IMG/VR virus record: IMGVR_UViG_3300045988_023742
Location: 1-64,000 of that record
Reading direction: 5' to 3' (one strand)
DNA length: 64,000 nucleotides
Source of the DNA: a virus
In this document: positions 1 through 6,237 of the stretch, piece by piece
Position numbering within the stretch: position 1 is the stretch's first letter
How the letters are laid out: every line of letters starts with the position of its first letter
The notes under the pieces: generated by a model
The model's input: the letters and a program-made list of their open reading frames with translations, nothing else
Told to the model about the DNA's origin: nothing
The model's database searches: none
Position numbers and translations under genes: made by a program

Positions 1-1
1 A

Positions 2-211
2 GAGATTATTCCTAGATTAAATGGAGGTAATACAACACAATATAAGTGTAATTATCACTGGATTAATAATGCTACAGGATTAAGAACGCTCGTTCTTGGT
101 GGCAGCGCTATTAGGGGTGGTGATGCTGGCTTGGGTGGCTTCAGCTCTAACGATGGTGTGGGTAATGCTAATGCTAGTCTCGGGTTCCGTTCTTCATGTG
201 TTGTAGCTTAA
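2..211 (+). CDS. 3' end of the DGR target gene: C-terminal Mtd-like C-type-lectin-fold variable domain, probably a tail-fibre or receptor-binding protein. The 5' part lies outside the window.
   Basis: Frame 2 is open from the window edge to TAA at 209-211. The translation ends LVLGGSAIRGGDAGLGGFSSNDGVGNANASLGFRSSCVVA*, a Gly/Asn/Ala-rich stretch closed by GFR, as in known DGR variable regions. The last ~40 codons are repeated at 405-520 beside an RT gene. Confidence 0.7.
   Translation, partial: EIIPRLNGGNTTQYKCNYHWINNATGLRTLVLGGSAIRGGDAGLGGFSSNDGVGNANASLGFRSSCVVA
89..204 (+). repeat. DGR variable region (VR) plus an IMH-like 3' end
   Basis: This is an imperfect direct repeat of 405-520 (offset 316, then 317 after a 1-nt indel). 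Over 89-194, 80 of 106 aligned positions are identical. It lies in the last codons of the target ORF and is much more GC-rich than its surroundings. Confidence 0.75.
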
Positions 212-232
212 AATAAAAAAGTTCTTAAAATA

Positions 233-264
233 TTTGGTCAATTCAAAAACTTTTTGTAACTTTG
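233..264 (+). promoter_or_regulatory. Bacteroidota-type promoter upstream of the TR-RT unit
   Basis: TTTG (233-236), 20 nt spacer, TAACTTTG (257-264), followed by CAC. The same architecture occurs at 7432, 14689, 22001 and on the - strand at 44716. Confidence 0.55.
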
Positions 265-404
265 CACCTGTTAATGTAAGTGGGGTTTGCATACCCCTTA
301 TAAAACTTAACAACAGTGAGTAAACACTGGAGTAAAATCAGGTTATTATGTTATCCTGAATTACAGTATGCTTAGTTATTCTTGAGTTCTCTAAAAAGTA
401 AAAA

Positions 405-520
405 CTCGTTCTGGGTTGCCGCGCCTGTTGGTGGGGGTTTTGCGGGCTTGGGTTGCTTCGGTTCTCTCCTTGGGGTGGGTGCTGCTTTTGCTGCGGTCGG
501 GTTCCGTTCTTAATGTGTTA
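405..520 (+). repeat. DGR template-repeat-like copy (TR position), entirely free of adenine over 405-511
   Basis: It sits between the target gene and the RT, downstream of a promoter, and is non-coding. It shares with the VR the identical 15-nt block tcgggttccgttctt (180-194 = 497-511). There is no A between A404 and A512. Confidence 0.7.
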
Positions 521-624
521 ATGTTCTTGTGATTATAAATCTCCCTGCTGTAGGGAGTGGAGCTTAATAACCTTGCCTCTTGGCAAAAGATAACGTAGTT
601 TTACAAATCAAAATAGTGTTGGTA

Positions 625-653
625 GGTCATAGGGGATTATTTCTCCTATGACC
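625..653 (+). other. Strong RNA hairpin in the TR-to-RT spacer, a candidate DGR RNA structural element
   Basis: ggtcatagggga (625-636) pairs with tctcctatgacc (642-653): a 12-bp stem with one G-U and a 5-nt loop. Smaller hairpins lie at 541-557 (ctccc/gggag) and 573-586 (ttgcc/ggcaa). Confidence 0.4.
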
Positions 654-706
654 GTTTGAAGGCTCTAGAGAAAGTAACACATGAATTGTGTTTGATGTAA
701 AAGAGA

Positions 707-1921
707 ATGAAGAGACTTAATGGACTTCATGACAGAATCTGCACTTTACAGAACATTGAAGAAGCAGATAAAAATGCAAGAAAGGGTAAACATAACTGGG
801 GTATAATTAAGCATGACCAACATGCTAAAGAAGATAATGAGAAATTATTGGAAACCCTAGAGACTCTTTCCTATACTACTTCAGAGTATAGCAAATACAA
901 GATTTATGAACCAAAAGAAAGAATAATATTTAGACTTCCATATTATCCAGACAGAATAGCTCAATGGGCTATAATGAATGTGATGGAACCCATTTGGACA
1001 GCATCTTTTATAGGTCACACTTACTCTTGTATAAAGGAAAGAGGAATCCATAAACTTGCGCAAGATGTAAAGAAAGCTTTAATAACTGATGCAGAAGGTA
1101 CTATATATTGTTTGAAGATTGATGTTAGAAAGTTTTATCCTTCTATCAATCATAGAACAATGAAAAGATTGCTAAGAAGAAAGATAAAGGATGAAAAGCT
1201 ATTAGTAATACTTGATGAAATAGTTGATTCAGCTGAAGGTGTTCCAATAGGAAATTATTTATCTCAGTTCTTTGCCAACTTGTACCTTACATACTTTGAC
1301 CATTGGTTACTTGAACATGTATGTATCAAACATTACTTTAGGTACGCTGATGACATAGTAATACTATCAGATAGTAGAGAATCCTTAGAGAAGATTTTAA
1401 TACTAATTAAAACATACTTTTCTTGTGAGTTACAAATAAAAATCAAACCTAATTATCAAATCTTTAAAATTGAAGATAGAGGTATTGACTTTGCAGGTTA
1501 TGTATTTTTCCATACTCATACAAAATTAAGAAAGAACATAAAGCAAAGACTATTTAAACTCGTTAATAAGTTTATCTCAGGTAAGGTAACAGAAGAGGAG
1601 TTTAGAAAGAGAATAACTTCTTACTTTGGTTGGTTGAAATACTGTGATTCAAAACATCTTTTACAGAAGATAGAAGAAGAAACAGACATTCATTTATCCA
1701 ATTGGAATGGTGAGAAATCTATAATTAGTAATTTCTATGATAAAACAGTAAGAGTAATTGAAGTTATAGAGTATAGTGGTTATTTTCAAGTACACTTCAT
1801 TTATAAGAATAAACCCTATTCTATCAATAGTAGAAATAAAGCTCTGCATGAAAAGTTAAAAAGCAAGCAATATCCAGTAAACTTTAAGATTAGAAAATAT
1901 GTTAGAGCCAAAGAGAATTGA
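707..1921 (+). CDS. DGR-type reverse transcriptase
   Basis: 404-aa ORF with the DGR-RT hallmark IGNYLSQ (1247-1267) and the catalytic YADD box (1343-1354, YADDIVIL). It is adjacent to a VR/TR-like repeat pair. Confidence 0.9.
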   Translation: MKRLNGLHDRICTLQNIEEADKNARKGKHNWGIIKHDQHAKEDNEKLLETLETLSYTTSEYSKYKIYEPKERIIFRLPYYPDRIAQWAIMNVMEPIWTASFIGHTYSCIKERGIHKLAQDVKKALITDAEGTIYCLKIDVRKFYPSINHRTMKRLLRRKIKDEKLLVILDEIVDSAEGVPIGNYLSQFFANLYLTYFDHWLLEHVCIKHYFRYADDIVILSDSRESLEKILILIKTYFSCELQIKIKPNYQIFKIEDRGIDFAGYVFFHTHTKLRKNIKQRLFKLVNKFISGKVTEEEFRKRITSYFGWLKYCDSKHLLQKIEEETDIHLSNWNGEKSIISNFYDKTVRVIEVIEYSGYFQVHFIYKNKPYSINSRNKALHEKLKSKQYPVNFKIRKYVRAKEN

Positions 1922-2279
1922 TTCAAATATAGCACCTGCTATTACTGAAAATCTTGGTAATGGTAATTGGTACTATAACTATGACATTAAGTCTGAGAAA
2001 GTTGAATTACCTCTTCAAGAGGGTGAAACAGTACCTAAAGAGGAAATTAGATATAACTATATTCAGATTAAATTGTCAGAGAAGCCTGAATATAAGAAGT
2101 GTGTAGAACTTCTTATTAGAGAGTTTATTACTCAAACACAGGAATTTGACTTAATTAACTCTGCTAACAAGGCTATCCTGTCAGGAGCTAAGTCAAGTGA
2201 AGACATAACTAAGTACAGAGAATACCTTGATAAGGTGGAGGAAATAAAAGAAAAGGTAACAAAAGACCTTGGTAAATAA
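1899..2279 (+). CDS. Hypothetical protein downstream of the RT, overlapping it by 23 nt. The C-terminal half looks helical.
   Basis: 126-aa ORF with a single Met, followed by a terminator hairpin. I recognised no motif. Confidence 0.45.
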   Translation: MLEPKRIDSNIAPAITENLGNGNWYYNYDIKSEKVELPLQEGETVPKEEIRYNYIQIKLSEKPEYKKCVELLIREFITQTQEFDLINSANKAILSGAKSSEDITKYREYLDKVEEIKEKVTKDLGK

Positions 2280-2285
2280 ATAATA

Positions 2286-2319
2286 ATCCACTTATACTAT
2301 TGTGTAAGTGGATTTTTTA
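2286..2319 (+). terminator. Rho-independent terminator ending the DGR operon
   Basis: atccactta (2286-2294) pairs with taagtggat (2305-2313), with a 10-nt loop, followed by a T6 run. Confidence 0.6.
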
Positions 2320-2322
2320 TTA

Positions 2323-2330
2323 TATCTTTG
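2323..2330 (+). promoter_or_regulatory. -7 box of a Bacteroidota-type promoter (TATCTTTG) directly before the lipoprotein start codon
   Basis: TAnnTTTG followed by CA, as in the other copies. It lies only 4 nt upstream of ATG 2335, and I found no clear -33 element. Confidence 0.35.
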
Positions 2331-2334
2331 CAAC

Positions 2335-2715
2335 ATGAAAAAGTTAGTACTTATAATGTTAGCTATCTTAATGCTTTCAGCTTGCAAGACTACTACAAAG
2401 ATTGTAGAAGTTCCTGTTGAAGTTGTAAAGAAAGAATATATACATGATACTAAAATAGATAGTGTATATATTAGAGATAGTGTTGATAGGTGGCAAAAGG
2501 GTGATACTTTATATATTACTAAGTGGCATACAAAGTTCAAGTATATAAATAAAGTAGATACCATAGTTAAAACTGATTCTATTCCAAAGATAGTACCAGT
2601 AGTGAAGGAAGTAGAAGTGAACCACATCTATTGGTGGCAAAAGACCTTGATGTGGGTAGGAGGTATATTATCAACTTGTATAATAATCTCTTTAATTCAT
2701 AAACTTAAAAAATGA
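2335..2715 (+). CDS. Outer-membrane lipoprotein with a C-terminal transmembrane helix (unimolecular-spanin-like architecture)
   Basis: MKKLVLIMLAILMLSAC is a signal peptide with an LSAC lipobox, and WVGGILSTCIIISLIHKL is a C-terminal TM segment. I prefer the ATG at 2335 over the track's GTG at 2308, which lies inside the terminator hairpin. Confidence 0.55.
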   Translation: MKKLVLIMLAILMLSACKTTTKIVEVPVEVVKKEYIHDTKIDSVYIRDSVDRWQKGDTLYITKWHTKFKYINKVDTIVKTDSIPKIVPVVKEVEVNHIYWWQKTLMWVGGILSTCIIISLIHKLKK

Positions 2716-3092
2716 TGATTGATGTTGATATACTAATAACAGGAGGAGTAGGATTAGTAACAAGCATAGTTTCAAGTTGGACAACTTGGTTTCTTGCAAG
2801 AAAGAAATACAATTCAGAAGTAGACTTAAATCTAGTAGAAAAAATGGAGAAGTCATTAGAGTTCTATAAGTCTCTTTCTGATGACAACAAGACTAGGTTA
2901 GAGGAAATAACAGAAAGGAATAATGAGCTTGAGAAGGAAGTTCAGGAGTTGAGGAAGCAGGTTCTTAACTTGACAATGAATATATGTATGGACTTAGCTT
3001 GTGCTCATAGAATTAGAGAAACAGTTAGAAAATATGGGAAAAACAAGAGTAGGCTCGATGAAACAACTAGCCCTAGTAGAGGGGGATGTTAA
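2712..3092 (+). CDS. N-terminally anchored membrane protein with a coiled coil (lysis-associated; holin or i-spanin-like)
   Basis: ATGA overlap with the upstream gene. It has an N-terminal TM segment (ILITGGVGLVTSIVSSWTTWFL) followed by a heptad-like Glu/Lys/Leu-rich segment. Confidence 0.5.
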   Translation: MMIDVDILITGGVGLVTSIVSSWTTWFLARKKYNSEVDLNLVEKMEKSLEFYKSLSDDNKTRLEEITERNNELEKEVQELRKQVLNLTMNICMDLACAHRIRETVRKYGKNKSRLDETTSPSRGGC

Positions 3093-3255
3093 TCTGTTAT
3101 CTAAGAATGAAATCTTAGTTTCAGAGGAAGAGGGATATACAATCCTAAGAAAGAGGTTAGACTCTGGAGGCATTAAGACTTTTGTAGTTATACCACTAGA
3201 AGATTTTATTAAAAAAGATGGAGATACTAGTAGAAAGAAAGTGGAAAAAACCTAA
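3034..3255 (+). CDS. Hypothetical small protein; the start is uncertain (ATG 3034 or 3058, while the track uses GTG 3001)
   Basis: The ORF overlaps both neighbouring genes and carries no motif. Confidence 0.25.
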   Translation: MGKTRVGSMKQLALVEGDVNLLSKNEILVSEEEGYTILRKRLDSGGIKTFVVIPLEDFIKKDGDTSRKKVEKT

Positions 3256-3682
3256 CTATACAATAGGTGTAATGTCAATAAATGGAAAGAGATTCTGTGA
3301 AACTCTTGAAGATACTGATAGAGGTTTGAAAGATTCTATGTCTGTGGCAGAAATAAAGGCTATTAAGAAGCCTAAGATTACAGCTATTCCTACAGGAACT
3401 TATGAAGTTACATTAAATGTAGTAAGTCCTAAATTTAGCAAGTATCCTTTCTACAATTCTATTAATGGGGGAAGAGTTCCAAGATTACTTAATGTAAAAG
3501 GATTTGAAGGAATCTTAATTCATGTAATGGATGGTCCTAAAGGTGCAGAACTAAGTGAGGGTTGTATAGGTGTAGGTAGAAACCTTATTAAAGGTGGGCT
3601 ACTACAAGGTAAGGAATACTATAAGAAATTATATGATATTCTAAAGAATAATAAGGATAAAATAACTATTAAAATTGTGTAA
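3218..3682 (+). CDS. DUF5675-like protein, a putative cell-wall hydrolase or endolysin component
   Basis: The pattern YTIGVMSINGKRFCETLED ... AIPTGTYEV ... GFEGILIH ... SEGCIGVG matches, as I remember it, the DUF5675 family common in Bacteroidota phages. It is flanked by membrane-protein genes. Confidence 0.5.
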   Translation: MEILVERKWKKPNYTIGVMSINGKRFCETLEDTDRGLKDSMSVAEIKAIKKPKITAIPTGTYEVTLNVVSPKFSKYPFYNSINGGRVPRLLNVKGFEGILIHVMDGPKGAELSEGCIGVGRNLIKGGLLQGKEYYKKLYDILKNNKDKITIKIV

Positions 3683-3684
3683 TT

Positions 3685-3789
3685 ATGGCAAAAAGTTCAT
3701 CAAAGAGAAGACCAAAACCAATGTCTCCTAAAGCAGGTGTAGGTAAGGGAACTAAGTATGGTTGTGGTGGAAAAATTAAGAAGAAGTAA
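3685..3789 (+). CDS. Possible 34-aa extremely basic peptide (below the ORF-track length cutoff)
   Basis: ATG 3685 to TAA 3787-3789 encodes MAKSSSKRRPKPMSPKAGVGKGTKYGCGGKIKKK. It starts 3 nt after the stop of the preceding gene. Confidence 0.2.
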   Translation: MAKSSSKRRPKPMSPKAGVGKGTKYGCGGKIKKK

Positions 3790-4150
3790 TCTTCACAAGC
3801 TATTACTATTAGTATTGAAATACATACCAATGGTAATAGCTCTATGCTATATGCTTAATACAATGTTCTATATAGAACCATTAAGTAATATAGCAGGAGT
3901 GTCTCTATTAACATGGATATTCTTATATCTAGCTTCTGTTGTGTTTGAGTTCTGCTCTTATCATAGAATGTTCCTTTGGTATATCCTAATAGATGACGTA
4001 TTAAATATAGTTGATTATTATTGGAATATACCAATTAGTACTGATAATTTAATCAGAATACATAATATATTAGCAGGAATAACATTATTTATAGTATTGA
4101 TTCTTTATGTTAAAAGTAATAAAGTCATTATTAGAAAGAATAATAAATGA
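3758..4150 (+). CDS. Multi-pass membrane protein (holin candidate)
   Basis: The 130-aa ORF has 3-4 hydrophobic segments and sits in the lysis neighbourhood. The start could instead be ATG 3830. Confidence 0.45.
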   Translation: MVVVEKLRRSNLHKLLLLVLKYIPMVIALCYMLNTMFYIEPLSNIAGVSLLTWIFLYLASVVFEFCSYHRMFLWYILIDDVLNIVDYYWNIPISTDNLIRIHNILAGITLFIVLILYVKSNKVIIRKNNK

Positions 4151-4421
4151 TATAGATTGTGGTAATAGTAACATCACAGAAGATGAAGCTATGGAAATAA
4201 TAAAAGTTATTAAGTCTTATACAGATAAGACTCAAAGACTTAGTAAGTATCAAGCATGTCAGAAGCTCAATGTAAGCAGAGCTACCTTTGATAATTTAGT
4301 TAGAGAAGGTGTTATACCTAGGGGAGAAAAGGTTGTAGGTTTTAAAGAGTTATTCTGGGAGGAGAAGATTCTAGATAAAGTAATAAAGAGTAGAAGAAAT
4401 GGTAACAAAGAAAACAATTAA
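4107..4421 (+). CDS. Helix-turn-helix DNA-binding protein (excisionase/AlpA/MerR-like HTH)
   Basis: LSKYQACQKLNVSRATFDNLVREGVIPRGEKVVG fits the HTH_17-type pattern. The start may be ATG 4191. Confidence 0.5.
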   Translation: MLKVIKSLLERIINDIDCGNSNITEDEAMEIIKVIKSYTDKTQRLSKYQACQKLNVSRATFDNLVREGVIPRGEKVVGFKELFWEEKILDKVIKSRRNGNKENN

Positions 4422-4737
4422 AGTTCCAATCTATGACTACAAAGTGGTCATTGTAGTAGCAGATACTTGGGAGGAAGCACATGAACTCTATCCAAGTATA
4501 GAGGGTGAGGGAAGAGCTTGTGTACTTGAAGGTTCAGACCATTCTATTATAGTTATTCCACCCCATCAACCTGATTCAATAGTTCATGAATGTGTTCACT
4601 TAAAGAACTGCATTTGGAATTATATAGGATATAAACCTGTAGCAGACAATGATGAAGTAGATGCTTACTTAGTAGAGTATCTATTTAATCAAGTATCAAA
4701 AGTTGTAGCTAAACATAACTTAGCAACTCATTACTAA
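4399..4737 (+). CDS. Small HExxH metallopeptidase-like protein
   Basis: Carries HECVH with a downstream acidic helix DEVDAYLVEY. It is a distant paralog of 6977..7372. Confidence 0.5.
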   Translation: MVTKKTIKVPIYDYKVVIVVADTWEEAHELYPSIEGEGRACVLEGSDHSIIVIPPHQPDSIVHECVHLKNCIWNYIGYKPVADNDEVDAYLVEYLFNQVSKVVAKHNLATHY

Positions 4738-4750
4738 ACATATAAATTGT

Positions 4751-4789
4751 AACACTCTTAAAGTCAAGGCTTTAGGAGTGTTTTTTTTG
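4751..4789 (+). terminator. Rho-independent terminator
   Basis: 13-bp stem, aacactcttaaag (4751-4763) with ctttaggagtgtt (4770-4782), with one G-U pair, followed by a T8 run. Confidence 0.65.
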
Positions 4790-4826
4790 TTTATTAGCAT
4801 CATTATGTTTCTTGATAAAATATGTA

Positions 4827-4834
4827 TACCTTTG
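4827..4834 (+). promoter_or_regulatory. -7 box of a Bacteroidota-type promoter (TACCTTTG then CAC)
   Basis: The extended motif TACCTTTGCAC is identical to those at 7456 and 22025. The -33 element is weak. Confidence 0.5.
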
Positions 4835-4887
4835 CACCGTAAGCTTACAAAGATAACTATTTTATAAACTATCAACTGAGAAACATT

Positions 4888-5784
4888 ATGGATAAAACTT
4901 ATGTTTTTGACACTGCTGAAAGTGGAGGTCTTAACTCTTCAGCTCTTATTGCTAGCTTGATGCAGAACAAAGGTGTTGACCCTAATCTAATGGCAATGCT
5001 AACAAATGCTTCTAAGAACCAAGATGCTTGGGGTGGAAGTGGCTGTTGGTTTATGTGGGTAATTCTTCTTTTCTGGCTTTGGGGTGGTAATGGTTATGGT
5101 AATGGCTTTGGCAGAGGTGCTGCTGATGGCATTCCTAACCAATTAAACAATGACTTTGGTAGAGAAGTATTGCTACAAGCTATTAATGGTAATGGTCAAG
5201 CTTTAAGTCAGCTTGCTACTACTCTTAATTGTGATGTAAACTCACTACAGACTGCTATTGGTAATGTACAGAGTTCTGTACAATCTGTAGCTAGTCAAGT
5301 AGGTATGACAGGTCAGCAAATCATCAATTCTATTCAGCAAGGCAATTGTAGTCTAGGTAATCAATTAGCTCAGTGCTGCTGCTCTATAAATGATGCTATT
5401 ACTAGGACTAATTATGAGAATCAAATCTCTAATGTAAATCAAACTAATACTTTACAGAATGCTATTAACTTTGTTAATAGTTCAGTAGAGAGAGGTTTTG
5501 CAGCTTCAAACTATGCTACTGCACAGCAAACTTGTGACTTAAAGAATGCTATTGCACAGCAAACTACATTAATTAATGACAAGTTCTGTCAGTTAGAGAT
5601 GAGAGAGATGCAGAATAAGATTGATGCTTTGAGACAGGAGAATAGCCAGTTAGTTCTAGCTGCATCACAACAAGCACAGACTGCTAGTATAATTAATCAG
5701 GTAAGACCTACTCCTTCTCCTGCTTATATAGTTGCAAATCCTTATTGCAACTGTGGTAATTCCTATAATGGATGTAATTGCTAA
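4888..5784 (+). CDS. Q/N/G-rich protein with one hydrophobic segment and a Cys-rich C-terminal tail; function unknown
   Basis: 298-aa ORF. It contains WFMWVILLFWLWGGNGYGNGFG, then a long Gln/Asn-rich region with scattered Cys including a CCC triplet, and ends NPYCNCGNSYNGCNC. It is the first gene after a promoter. Confidence 0.65.
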   Translation: MDKTYVFDTAESGGLNSSALIASLMQNKGVDPNLMAMLTNASKNQDAWGGSGCWFMWVILLFWLWGGNGYGNGFGRGAADGIPNQLNNDFGREVLLQAINGNGQALSQLATTLNCDVNSLQTAIGNVQSSVQSVASQVGMTGQQIINSIQQGNCSLGNQLAQCCCSINDAITRTNYENQISNVNQTNTLQNAINFVNSSVERGFAASNYATAQQTCDLKNAIAQQTTLINDKFCQLEMREMQNKIDALRQENSQLVLAASQQAQTASIINQVRPTPSPAYIVANPYCNCGNSYNGCNC

Positions 5785-5802
5785 TTTTTAAAGTAAATAA
5801 CT

Positions 5803-6213
5803 ATGGCAGTAACAGTTTCACCAGTAGGATTAGCTGCTGCTCAAGTAGCAAATGTAGCTAATATAATGGCTACTTACAAAGAAAAGCTTTGTAGACCTTA
5901 CTGCATAGACTCAACTATCCAACCTCAAGTATCTGTAGTTTATACTACAGGTACTCCAAGGTTGAATGATACTACAGTCTTTGTTCCTGTAAGAGCTACA
6001 ATTACTATTGTTACACAGATGAATAAATGTGGCTGCAATGCACATACACAATTATTTACTGAAGACTTTGTAGTAGCATTTCAAGGAAGAACAGCATTAC
6101 CTACTACAGTTACTTTAGCTAACTTAGGTAGAGATGCTTTTGGTTCAAATGTTAATTGTGGTAGAGCATATAGCTATACTATCAATGACTCTATTTCAAT
6201 AACATTAGCATAG
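5803..6213 (+). CDS. Hypothetical protein (looks beta-rich)
   Basis: 136-aa ORF packed in the same orientation as its neighbours. Confidence 0.6.
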   Translation: MAVTVSPVGLAAAQVANVANIMATYKEKLCRPYCIDSTIQPQVSVVYTTGTPRLNDTTVFVPVRATITIVTQMNKCGCNAHTQLFTEDFVVAFQGRTALPTTVTLANLGRDAFGSNVNCGRAYSYTINDSISITLA

Positions 6214-6237
6214 TATTAACTAATAAAGAATTAACAA

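Noticed and set aside
207-232. The 9-nt repeat cttaaaata at 207-215 and 224-232, just after the VR, considered as the hairpin or cruciform that assists DGR homing.
   Set aside because: The two copies are direct, not inverted, and made of AT-rich sequence that could recur by chance. I found no GC-rich inverted repeat downstream of the VR.
405-511. The A-free copy as a template read on the opposite strand, where its T would be template A.
   Set aside because: The mismatch columns do not coincide with T positions of 405-511 (11 are G, 10 are T, 5 are C). The promoter and RT are also on the + strand.
89-520. The repeat pair 89-204 / 405-520 as the remnant of an ordinary tandem gene duplication.
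   Set aside because: Similarity starts and stops abruptly at both ends, and the flanks are unrelated. The second copy has a frame-breaking indel and no upstream ORF. The differences are tied to adenine positions beside an RT gene. This fits a DGR repeat far better.
2998-3092. Possible programmed frameshift joining 2712..3092 to the 3001..3255 ORF.
   Set aside because: The only slippery-looking string (G GGA AAA, 3036-3042) is phased for the wrong frame transition, and a TAG at 2995-2997 closes the second frame just upstream. Overlapping separate genes is the simpler explanation.
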